The notes beneath the pieces are model-generated. The model ran no database searches. It was not told where the DNA came from and saw only the letters and a list, made by a program, of their open reading frames with translations. The translations under genes and the position numbers were made by a program. A stretch of 63,861 bases of DNA, filler included, from Rhabdomonas costata (taxonomy: Eukaryota): assembly GCA_019059605.1 (NCBI GenBank). It is 40 parts of 40 records of this genome, joined end to end, with 100 filler letters (N's around TTAATTAATTAA, not from the genome) between each part and the next. Parts side by side here need not be neighbours in the genome. Positions count along the whole stretch, not along the records: positions 35,333 to 36,837 come from JAHMHO010014275.1; positions 36,938 to 38,443 come from JAHMHO010014276.1; positions 38,544 to 40,048 come from JAHMHO010014277.1; positions 40,149 to 41,654 come from JAHMHO010014278.1; positions 41,755 to 43,257 come from JAHMHO010014279.1; positions 43,358 to 44,862 come from JAHMHO010014280.1; positions 44,963 to 46,467 come from JAHMHO010014281.1; positions 46,568 to 48,071 come from JAHMHO010014282.1; 32 more parts are not named here. One strand, 5' to 3'. Below, in pieces: positions 36,528 to 47,700 of the stretch. Each line of letters begins with the position of its first letter. Positions within the stretch are counted from its first letter, which is position 1.

Positions 36528-38861
36528 TTGCGGGGACCCCCTGAGCCACAATAAAGGAGTGCCTCCCATAAATGCACATAGCGCACGCGGAGGCGCCAAA
36601 AGAGGCTACGATTGGCAGCGGGGGAGGCATTCATCTTCACCTCTTTGACTTTTCATTCAGGAAACAACTAGACAGTTGGGAACGCAGCGCTAGAAAGCAA
36701 AGAAAAAAGAGCAGCCGCAACGTACTTTGAGAAGTCAGAAGTGGGAACGCTCGGACCCTGCGAGGAAAACCAGAGGGAATCCCCCCCTCAATGTTAAAAA
36801 CAATCATGTTCCGTTTCGGCAAGAAAACCCCCAACCCNNNNNNNNNNNNNNNNNNNNNNNNNNNNNNNNNNNNNNNNNNNNTTAATTAATTAANNNNNNN
36901 NNNNNNNNNNNNNNNNNNNNNNNNNNNNNNNNNNNNNAGGGAATTCGCAGAGGGAGAAAGTACGACAGTCAGAGAGGACAAGTTCTGATTTTGTGGCTGG
37001 GGGTTCTTCCTGCCTGTTTCAAGGTGTGGGCTTCGGCTCAAACCCAACACAGAGGAGTGTTGGCATCAACCGCAAGGCCCTACGTCATGGACAATTTAGA
37101 AGAACAACGGTGAATTCGACCGGTGGAGCTGATGGGCACCAACAGACGTCAGCTCCCGACCTCCGGTGACAATCTCTGGCACAGATGCTGTTGCGGCCCA
37201 GGAACCCCCCCTCTCCCGGCCGCAGAAAAGGCCAGAGAAGAATAGTAAGGAAAGAAGTCGACCCAGTATATGGCTTTTCAGCATCACCACTTCATAAAAA
37301 AGAACCCGCATGTCGCACTGTCGTTGATATGGGGGGGGGCTGCACCTGGAGAGGATGTTGAGTCCCAAGGAGATAATTTTGTCCACAGGTTCCCACACGA
37401 ATACCAAGAACAACATCAGCCCTGAAGCAAACCACCGCACCGGAAAACCAAATGGCCCCATCAGACTTCACGCTGGAGGGGGGCGGTAAAACAAAAAAAC
37501 CCTTATCTCTGAATGTGACTTAACATTTCGCTCCTAACCAGCGCTGCTCCTCTGGGATTTTGGGAAACACAGCCCACAGCCCGGCGTTTCGGGACAGCCA
37601 GGCCTGCGCCAAAACTCACTGATCGACCTATGTCACGATGCGACGACAAAGGCGGACGGAGGCTTACACGCGAGTTGTCAACACGGCTAACAAAGTCTTG
37701 CATTTGCCAGTCAACGGCTGTGGCTTAAGCTGCATGTTTCACACATATCTCGGGTTCCATTCAGATATCAAAACGTTCGACTGGCGAAGGATGCACACAC
37801 GCTATTATTCAATACAAGCGATTGGGTCAGCAAAAATTGATACCCCACACACCACACACAAAGACAAGAAGAGAAAAGAAGAATACCGATTAGCACGGGC
37901 CGCCTCGCCGTAGCCTCCAAATGAAATCCAAAGAGGTTCATCAGCACATCAGAGGTGTTGACCCACTTAAAGCAGTACAGCAACAGGGTGATGGACGACA
38001 TACCGATGGTACACTCTTTCCTTGGAACACACACACACATGAGAAAAGTGTCACCCACTTACACATGTCCAAGAACCGTCACACACTAGTGCGTCAGCCG
38101 TGCGAAAGCACGCCAGGCAAGAGAGGCAAGAAAGACCCTTTTCGGAGATGCGTCCAGGAAGAACGGCATTCGCGAGACATTCAACCACTCTGTGTCGTGT
38201 GCTGTTCCACTGGTGCCCTGGCATACGTGATTTGGAGCAAACCCACCCAAGTGTGCTTAAGTCTGATGATTTTGACGTCTTTCAGCAGGTCCCACCGGGT
38301 TCCACCGGCCGGGCCAATGGTCAGCAAAGACTGGGTCCTGTGGCCCGGGCTTGCGGTGCTCCATTGGTACATATGTCTCGAGGCTCGGTTCTCGTGGCTC
38401 AAGGTACGGTTACCACTCGTAACAGAAAACTGGCTTAGTTTTTNNNNNNNNNNNNNNNNNNNNNNNNNNNNNNNNNNNNNNNNNNNNTTAATTAATTAAN
38501 NNNNNNNNNNNNNNNNNNNNNNNNNNNNNNNNNNNNNNNNNNNCCGCTCGCTCTCCTGAGCCGCGGAAGGACACGCACGCGCAAACAGAAGTTATGTTAC
38601 CGTGTCTGTCCCGTCCGCTTTGTCCCCGCAGGTGACTGCTTTCTTTTGACATCGATAAGCCTCCCTCTGCGACGTCCTAGCGGCATACGCAAAGGCTGCG
38701 GAGTGTGCTGAGACGCGCAGCGACAGATAAGAGCATACGGTGGAAGACAAAAATTTGTGGTGGGGTACTCCTTTCTTTCGCCGCGCAAAGGACCTCAAGC
38801 TGCTTTGAAATGGGGTAGACAAACGCAGCGGGAAGAAAATGAGAAAGGGCGCATATCAACA

Positions 38862-39501
38862 CCTGACCACTCGCGCGGTATTGCGCGAGCTTCTGCATGT
38901 AAAGCTCCAGCAAGGCCTGCACACATTGTCGACGGCTGCTCGGCTGCGAGGGAAAGAACAGAGAGTACCCGTAGCGGTAACGGACCGTGTTCGCGATAAA
39001 GACCCAAACTAACACACATGATAATGGTGTCTGGAGTGTGGTAAGGAAGGCACTATCCCGAGCAAAGTGGCGCGTGCTGCACGGTGCAAAAATGGTGTAT
39101 ACATTGGCGCCTAGAAACTCCGAACACATACCATAGCACCTGCAGAAGGCATCCGGATTGGATAACTTGAAATCCTCTGATCGGCTTCGCAGGATGCTGA
39201 CTCCCTCATTCTGGGGGGGGGATACTGTTTCAGTATTGACAGTGTTGTCCCAGAGGAAACGTGTCTCACAATCGGCCCCAAAAGTTCTCCACAATGGAGC
39301 GATAGGAGAATCCAGGTGAGAGAAGGCGAGAAGGGGTTGGGGAAGGGGGCACGCCCATGCCTCTGGCGGCTTGCCCTCAGAGACGCTGCTGTTACCATCG
39401 GAGGAGGAGGAGGAGGAGGAGGTCTCTGCCTCCGTGGGGTCCATCTGCAGTGCCTCGAAAAAGCTATCCACCTCTTGCAGGATCACCACCACCGACTCCA
39501 C
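38862..39501 (-). CDS. Exons of an uncharacterised gene
   Basis: Acceptor gctcAG before VESVVVILQEVDSFFEALQ; long open frame ending at a GTGTTG donor near 38861. Confidence 0.35.
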
Positions 39502-39751
39502 CTGAGCGACCAATCATATGATATAACCATTCATAGATTCATTGACATGGTCATGAGTGACGTCATTGGTATCGTCACTCAGAAATGACGTTTTTTGTTT
39601 TGGGCTGTCAGACTGCTACATTGCACTTGGACTGAAGTTAGGCGGAGAGTTTGTCGTTGGCTTTCTTCCTCCGTTTTTCGGTAGGATGTATGTACGTGGT
39701 CCGATTAAATTGCTCGTCACCCCTCCTCCCTTTGGCGCGGTTCCCTGGCAG

Positions 39752-39970
39752 AATGCTTCCGGGCTCGTGCCGTTCACCATGGCCTTGGCCGCCCACAACG
39801 ACCGCGCTTGTGCTTTGCTGGCCGAGCCCACCTTCGCCTGTAAGGCCATGCACCTCAACCACATCGTTGACGCCGTCACGGGCACCACGCTGCTGCACGA
39901 GGCTGCGAAGTATAATATGGTGGAGTTCACTACCGCCTTGCTGAAGCTTAGCGCCGCAGTCAATGTCCAG
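39752..39970 (+). CDS. Ankyrin-repeat exon
   Basis: TGTTLLHEAAKYNMVEFTTALLKLSAAVNVQ; AG/GT bounded. Confidence 0.8.
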
Positions 39971-40631
39971 GTGTGTTTTTGGACGGCTGGAGAATGTTAT
40001 AAATTTGGTAATGCTATCGAAGCAAAAAAAAAAGGAAGGAGAAGCACCNNNNNNNNNNNNNNNNNNNNNNNNNNNNNNNNNNNNNNNNNNNNTTAATTAA
40101 TTAANNNNNNNNNNNNNNNNNNNNNNNNNNNNNNNNNNNNNNNNNNNNGTTTTGGGGGGGGGCTGTTCCGTGTTTGCGTCGACCGTGCCTTTGGGTCAAG
40201 GGGAACTGCCGCCCTTGCTGGTAAACTTCCTTATTCCCACCCTTTGGAGGGTGAGTATTTTAACCCCTCCCCACGGGAAGGGCTTCGTGAGTGCTTTGAA
40301 AACCGTGTTGAAAAAGTTTTGGAGCACCATATCTGAAAAAATACTTGCAATCAAATTTTGGACCTATTTTTTTTTCCTTCTTTCATGCTAACCTGCCGAA
40401 CAAGTTTCAGCGCAACCGTCACTTTGGCTGCAAAGCAGAATCAGACTTTGAACTCATCGCAAAGCTGCCTCCGTCACAAACCGTGCAAAATGAAATCAAG
40501 GACGCCTTCAAACACCGTTTGCATTCAAAAGACATCCAGCGTGCCTGCCGACCCCTCTTTTTTTTTTCGATTTGCACGTCTTTTCTCAAGCTCTCCGACA
40601 TTTGCCCACAACAGTCCCCAAAAGAAGCAAA

Positions 40632-41078
40632 ATGAGGTTCCGAGGATTGCGCGTGGTGAGCCTTGGGCTAGTCGCTGCGCTACTGCTGGGGACCACGGCA
40701 GAGGCCAGCCTCCTGCGAGGTCTGTTTCCCCCCCTCCCCATTGCCAGACCCACTCGCGACCTGCCGGACCTCAGAGGTCATCTCCTCTCTCTTTTTCTCT
40801 GTGCGAATGTTTCTTTTGGGGAGTGGGGGTCGAGTTTCACATGAGCTACACGTGACCTCGCCCTCCGAAGTGGGGTGCAGTGCTGGGGTAGGGGGGACTC
40901 TTAATTTTTTTCTGTCGGCTTTTGCTAGGCTCTGCTGGAGCACTGTCTTGCAATCCCAACCTCGACGACTGCAACAAGGGCTGCGTGGACTCGACGACAT
41001 GGCAGCCCAAGAAGTGCGACCCATGCCCGAACGGCGATCACGGGTGGCTGTGTCTGCCGACCACTCCTGCGCCTCTGG
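40632..41078 (+). CDS. Secreted Cys-rich protein N-terminus (exons 40632-40719 and 40929-about 41078)
   Basis: Signal peptide MRFRGLRVVSLGLVAALLLGTTAEA splices in phase to a six-Cys module (CNPNLDDCNKGC...CDPC...WLC). Confidence 0.55.
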
Positions 41079-42262
41079 GTGTGCCTCTCTCTCTACCACC
41101 CCCCAAACTCCAATCAGAGGTAGGGCTTAGTGTTGGTGTCAAGTTTTCGAAGACGTTAGGGTTCTGTGTTTGCCGTCATCTTTGCCTGGGGTCTGGATGC
41201 GATGCCGCTTGGGTGCTCCAGCGGGTCCACACACACACACAATTCCGGGCTCTCCTGCATTACAGGAGGCTGCAAGTTATCAGATGGCCCGTCAGTTTCC
41301 GTGTTCAGGGGGACACTTCGCTTTCTGTTTTGCTTCGTGCGTTGCCCCCGAGCCGTTGTGACGTCGGAGGCAAAGCCATAGCGCTGGGCCATGTCAAGGC
41401 ATGGGGGTGTTTTGTCGGGCGATAGGACGATTTTCAGACCCCCCCCTTCCCTCCCTCCCTCGTATGCTCCCCTTTCCTCACCTTCCAACGTTTTAACGGC
41501 GAACATCTAAACGATGGTTGTTGTTTTTGAAACCGTAGTGCAGTTCCTCAAAACATTTGAACTGTGCTGTGACGTTTTCTACCGATAGGAAGTCGAACCG
41601 CAACCCCGATCGGACCTCAAATCATAATCACAACCCACCAAACACACCCACCACNNNNNNNNNNNNNNNNNNNNNNNNNNNNNNNNNNNNNNNNNNNNTT
41701 AATTAATTAANNNNNNNNNNNNNNNNNNNNNNNNNNNNNNNNNNNNNNNNNNNNGGTGGGTTGTACAGCAGCTCCCCAGTTGTGTTTCCCCCAGCGCTGC
41801 CTTTGTCCCGACATTGGCGACAGCAAAATGGAACCCCCTGGGTTTTTGTATCCTGTTGTGCTTCGCATTTCTCAGGGTGCCGTCTCCAGGTCAGGGGCAT
41901 TGTTAACCTCACGCGCGCGCGCTGGTGCATCCAATCCTGCGCTGCGGTAATCCAGTGCCAGCCGTATTCTAGTGGTCACGTGTCCGCACAAGATCTGGCT
42001 CGTGGCTTGCAGACCGATCAGATTTAAAGGCGTTGGGATACTTCGCTCGCCTGTCTTTTTCTGGATCGTTACCAATCTTGCTTTGCTTTGGCTTGTTTCG
42101 CTCACGCACTGAGCTCCTCACCGCTTTTTTTTTACAGCCTTGTGTACCTTTCTGTTTGTTTTGCGTTTGCCCTGTGCTGCCTCCGAAATATATTTGCTTG
42201 TTTCTCGAGTTGTGAGTGTACATTCCGGCTCAGAGTCGACCCGCGTCTCGGGACTCTTGAAA

Positions 42263-42905
42263 ATGGGTTGCTGTGGATGCTGCAGCGACAAGGAAGAGAT
42301 GAAGCGATATGGTGTGCCTGTATGAAGATGTGGAATGTGAGTCATGAATTATGTGGACGTGGTATCCCACCTTAGGCGCGTTATGGGGATTATCATTTCC
42401 GTTTCATTACGCCACTTCAGAAAACTGATTTCAAGGCAACACCAACCACCACCTGCTCTGTTCTGTCCCATTCATTGTGGTGTGCGCAAGGGGTCGGTTT
42501 TGATGATCGGGTTATTGCACTGTAGCTGTGCGGTGATAACATGAATGCTCATGCACCGTGCTTCAGTACGACGTAACGAGGAATTTATCCAAGACCCAAC
42601 CACCCGCTAACGAAGTCCTGAGTCTCGGGGAACCAACGGTTTGGAAACCACAGCTTCGACAAACGCACCACTCACATCCCATCCTTCATTTGTGGTGCGG
42701 TGCAGGGCTTCACGCGGACCGCAGCTGCACCGACATTCTGTTCCTGCTGCTGTTCCTGCTGTTCTGGGCCGGCATGGTGTGGATCGCGGCGGTGTCCTGG
42801 AGCAAGAGCGATGTCCGGCTGCTGTGGAGCGGGATGGACTACCGCGGCAACGTGTGCGGGGCCTCCAACGCGCCCAACCCACCCACCGCTGCGGAGTTGG
42901 CACAG
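42263..42905 (+). CDS. Choline transporter-like (CTL/SLC44) protein, first two exons (42263-42311, 42706-42905)
   Basis: MGCCGCC...YG|LHADRSCTDILFLLLF...GMDYRGNVCG contains the CTL RxCTD and DxxGNxCG motifs. Confidence 0.88.
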
Positions 42906-44088
42906 GTTAGCGTGTTGCCTGGGTGCCTGGGTGGGATAATTATATCCTTTCGGTTATGGAGGTCTTCCTGCTTCACCATATATCCTCGCCTGCCGGCCTC
43001 CCGACTGCAGATGTCAAATGCTTCTGAAAAACATGTTCCGGCGACTTGACGGAGGAGGTGCCTATGTGCGCAATGGCGCACGTCAAACGCAACAACAACA
43101 GCAACTGCTTAGTAAAGGACCCCCAGGTTCTTTCTGAAATTGGGCGCTAGTGCATATATGCCCCCCCCGGTAGGGTGAGCTGTGAAGTTTGTTTTTTGTT
43201 CTCCTTTCTGAGTGTGCAGGGGGTTAGGAGGTGATGTACGTGTACCACAACAACCCCNNNNNNNNNNNNNNNNNNNNNNNNNNNNNNNNNNNNNNNNNNN
43301 NTTAATTAATTAANNNNNNNNNNNNNNNNNNNNNNNNNNNNNNNNNNNNNNNNNNNNGAGGTGGTGTGACCCCTTAGCGCTGCGCCCGGCGCGCAGCGCC
43401 CTTGAAGATGTGGGGAAAGGGCAGAAAAAAAAGTGAAGATTACCGCTCCCAAGATTACTGCTCCCACTGCAGAGGGCAAAAACTTGCAAAATGCCATTTT
43501 TATTTTGCAGCCTCAGCTCTTCGGATGTTCAAAAGCACAAGTATATGATCGGTTGAAGCAGTTGTTTACGCACACTGGGAATTTTTAACAGTATAATAAA
43601 ACGTTCGACAAAACCAAAAAAAAAAAAGACATAATTCTGCATGAATGCATTTATTTGCGCCCGCGTGGTCACCGTACCGTAGACTATGTCAACATTGACT
43701 TTTCGAGGGATGGGGGGACGAAATTGACGACACAGAAGCTATTTTACGAGCATATTTGCTGGTTTTTCTTTTTCTTTCTTTCTTTCTTTCCTTTTTCTTT
43801 TCTTTTCTTTTCTTCTTTCTTTTTTGCTTAAAATAATGCAATATTTTTTCATCGCAAATTTGCATTTATATTTGCAATTTTTTCCCAGCTGAGTTGCTGT
43901 GGAGAGTACAGTTCTTTCTCTTATCGCTGTTCTGGGGGTTCTTCCAGGTGGACCTATCTAGCCTCTTCAGCCGGCCTCCGGAACCTCACCAATGGTGGGG
44001 CCTCATCGGAAATCAAGGGGGGGGGGACCACTTAACTTCGGCCCAAAACCTCGCCCTATTTGCTGGTTGACATTCGCCATGGTCACTC

Positions 44089-44113
44089 CCGGACCGGACC
44101 GGACCGGACCGGA
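44089..44113 (+). repeat. (CCGGA)5 pentanucleotide repeat
   Basis: Directly visible. Confidence 0.9.
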
Positions 44114-44516
44114 GACCTAACATTGACCTCAGAACTCGAGCTAGACCGTCCGCGCACCTGCACGCCTGTGTGCTTGCAACGATTTATCCTTTTGTAATGT
44201 TTGTTCGCACAGTTTTGGTTTCTTGAATTGAAGATTTTTGGAGTTGGGAGATTTAGGCAGTGGCTTCAAAAATTCTAATCCGCTCTTCCAAAACCTCACT
44301 CTCGTTTACCTTTACTCTAGATGGGATTTGAACACTTGGCTGTCGTCAAGAACAAGCGCTCTCGCAATGGGACGTTCAACTTTGTCTTTACTGTTGAGGT
44401 TTGCCGTTGCCGTCCTCCCGCGTGTGGGTCTTTCAGCGTACTGAGCCCAGCTTTTGGGACCGATCCGTTATGGGGGGCCCCCATAACGGGTTGCTATCGA
44501 CCCAAACTCCCGACGT

Positions 44517-44701
44517 TAGGATTTGCTATCAGCGGATTGCAAATGCTACCGAGCTCTATCAATAGGCAGGGTTATTTTCCCGAACAAAGTCACAGCACAA
44601 AATTGGCATTAGCAGTGGCATTAGTCAGGGTTCGACAGCATTTGCTGTCGGACCACCAATGGCAAATTATACAGTGGGTGCGTCGGCGATAGCAAATCCT
44701 A
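44517..44701. mobile_element. Candidate MITE: TA-GGATTTGCTATC ... GATAGCAAATCC-TA
   Basis: Perfect 12-bp inverted repeats with TA on each side around a 181-bp non-coding span; internal copies of a TTGCTRTC motif. Confidence 0.5.
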
Positions 44702-47700
44702 TTTCCGGTGCTTTTGCTGAGAATTTCTAGTCACCTAAGGTGAACTTAAAACCCTTTCACTGACCCGTCCCCTCCCACCCGCACAGCGCATATTAACACT
44801 ACTTGCTATTGACCCTTGAGCTGAGTCAAGATTTGCAGACAACCGCACACAGACAACCCCACNNNNNNNNNNNNNNNNNNNNNNNNNNNNNNNNNNNNNN
44901 NNNNNNTTAATTAATTAANNNNNNNNNNNNNNNNNNNNNNNNNNNNNNNNNNNNNNNNNNNNAGCAAAGGGATTTGATTTTTGTTTTGGAGGAGTTTTGG
45001 ACGGACTTCCACTCTATGGAATGCTTCTGCATACTCTGAACATGAGAGATTTCGTACACTGGAGTGTGTTTTTATTGTGGAGCAATATGTGCCAATGCTT
45101 GGGAGATGAGCTTGTTTTAGGGGCATTCTGAGATGGGCAAGCAGGTTTTTTGGGGCAAGACAGGCACTGTACTGAGTTGGATTGTAGAGTATCGGGGAGT
45201 GGGGAGAGGGAACCTCCCTGAACGATAATAAACGCCAACTGAGAAGTTGTGCGTTCAGGGTAACCTACAATTTTTTCAAAACCAAAACCATGGGTTTTGT
45301 TCAACTCCTTTACCCCTGTCAATATTGAACAAGGGACGATCGCCCCTTGTGGTCTTTCAGCATTAGCTGTGGGTTAGAGAGGGCGCAGATGTAGATGTCC
45401 CAGGTGTACATCCCATACGCGCACGCACTTCTTTCCCACAGTATCCTGAAGGCTCTGTTGTCCCCACGGTGGAGGTGTTCCCAGACACCCAGGGCAAAGT
45501 TCGGGGCACTGTTCGGTGGGGGATAAAGCTGCTGACCACCTGAGTCCCTCCTCGATCCTACACGTTGGGGTCAGTGGCCGGTGAATGAGCTGGAAAAACA
45601 TGAGCTGAAAAACCCCAGGCCAGATTCGTTTCTTGTCAAAAGTGGCCCTGTTACTTTTTGAGCTGTTCTGATCCATACCCCCCGTTTTTCTGTAAAAAGC
45701 GCTTGTTGTACAGGTTGGTGTTTGCGTTGCGGCAGGGAGACATGTGCAGACCGTGGCTCTCTCGTAAATGCACGTGTCGGTTTCCGTCCAAGCTTGGTTT
45801 CGTCCTGCTTCAGCGTTCTGTGAGGTGAAACATTAATAAGCAGCTTGCTTGGTTGAGATACCATATGTTTGCGGTATGCGGTTTGTGGTATGCTTTGCGG
45901 CGATGCATTTCGAAACAGGTATCGCCACTCTAGTGACAATCTGAAATGCTTTGGCACATGTTCCAAAATATTTGTGCCAAAACCAAAAATGAAAAGGACC
46001 CTACTTTTTTCTGCTTAATTTTGCCCATTCCCCACCTCCACTTTTGCCTGTGTCTGGTTAAGTTTGGGCATTTTATGGTGATTTTAGGTCAAATTTGGAG
46101 CAAGGCCAGCGAGAAGGTCATGGTGAAAAAAGAAAAGAAGGAATTTCAGGGGAAGGACTGTGCAGTGGTCACAACGAGCCCTTGGGAAAGGAGCATTAGA
46201 GAGCTTCGGAAATATTTGACTTTTTTCCTATGAAGATCATCCGTTTTTGCCATGCTAAAATGCAAAAAAAAACGAAACGTGATGGAACATGATGGAAATT
46301 GCGAAACCAAAACGTGTTGGAACGTGATGGAAATATTTTTTGTAACTCTTGTCTTGCCTCCCGCACACACACACCTTCTACTGAAGGTGACTGCGCACTT
46401 TTTGGCTGGAGCTTTGGCACCAGTCAGATACGCGCTTCGGCCCACGGGGGATATACAACCCACCACCNNNNNNNNNNNNNNNNNNNNNNNNNNNNNNNNN
46501 NNNNNNNNNNNTTAATTAATTAANNNNNNNNNNNNNNNNNNNNNNNNNNNNNNNNNNNNNNNNNNNNGGTGGGTTGGGGTCGTGGAAACAGTTGTGCGGC
46601 AAAGGAGGAAATCTTCCTACCAAAAATTGTCGGGGCACCTTTGACGGCAAAGGTGCTGCAAATGGCGCGAAAACCGAAGAAAGCAATGAGAAACCGGCAA
46701 CAGCAACCCAACCTTACCCGGATCTGGGGGTTGGCTTCGCCTCAGAAAACATGGGCCTGCTCAGCGCTACCACAAGCGCGGTGAAGAAAATGACACTCCG
46801 GACAGGATGTACATTCCGCTAAGATTTTGGTTTTCCACATATAAATCCTTCACAACTTAATTCCGAAACTTTGCAAATAAAAATTCAATCTCCTCGCAAA
46901 GCAGTGAAAATGGGGCGAAAAGCCCTGCTATAAGACTGGGATACAAGGATTAGTAACACGCACACGCACACACGCACACTTCCAGATTTCCAAAATGCGT
47001 GGGCTACAGATTCTGAACTTGAAATGCAGCGCCAGACACTACAGAGGCCATTAGGTGAGGGATTAGAACTCAAAGAGAACGACAGGACCCACAGCGAATA
47101 TCAGCGGAATCAGCACGTGCTCAATGGTGAGCGACATAACGAGTGGCTCAGCAGCTCTCAAACCACTCTCGGGCTCGGCAACAGCAAACAACGCAAAAAA
47201 TCCAGGTTGTGCGCTGAACCCAAGAGGCAGGACAACATAGCAGTGAAATCTACCACCAGACAAGCCCACAAGACCAAAGCCCATAATCTCAAGCGCTTGG
47301 CCAAGAAATGCAAAGCACAGAAAAAGAAGAATGTTCAGGGGGCTTTCCAAAGCGTATTTCGTATGGGCATCGCCCCGATTACAAGACAACAGCATGCAGC
47401 AGAAGTTTTGTGAACCTCCAACAGGACAATAGCATAAGGACATAAAAAGCACACTCAGGAGAGCCCACGTTGGCTGTCCCCCGGTAGTGCAGGACGTCCT
47501 TTACCTTCACCGAACAGCGATATACAAAAAATTTCATGGAGTGGTGGCATCGCACTTTCTTCGCCTCACATGAGCTCGCACATTCTGCCCAAACTCTTGT
47601 TTTGTTTCTTTGAACGCCCTGCATAGTGAACTATCTGCGGATTCCCGATTGTTGTTCTCCTGCTCCATGACCGCCCCGTGCACCAGGAATGACGGCCACC

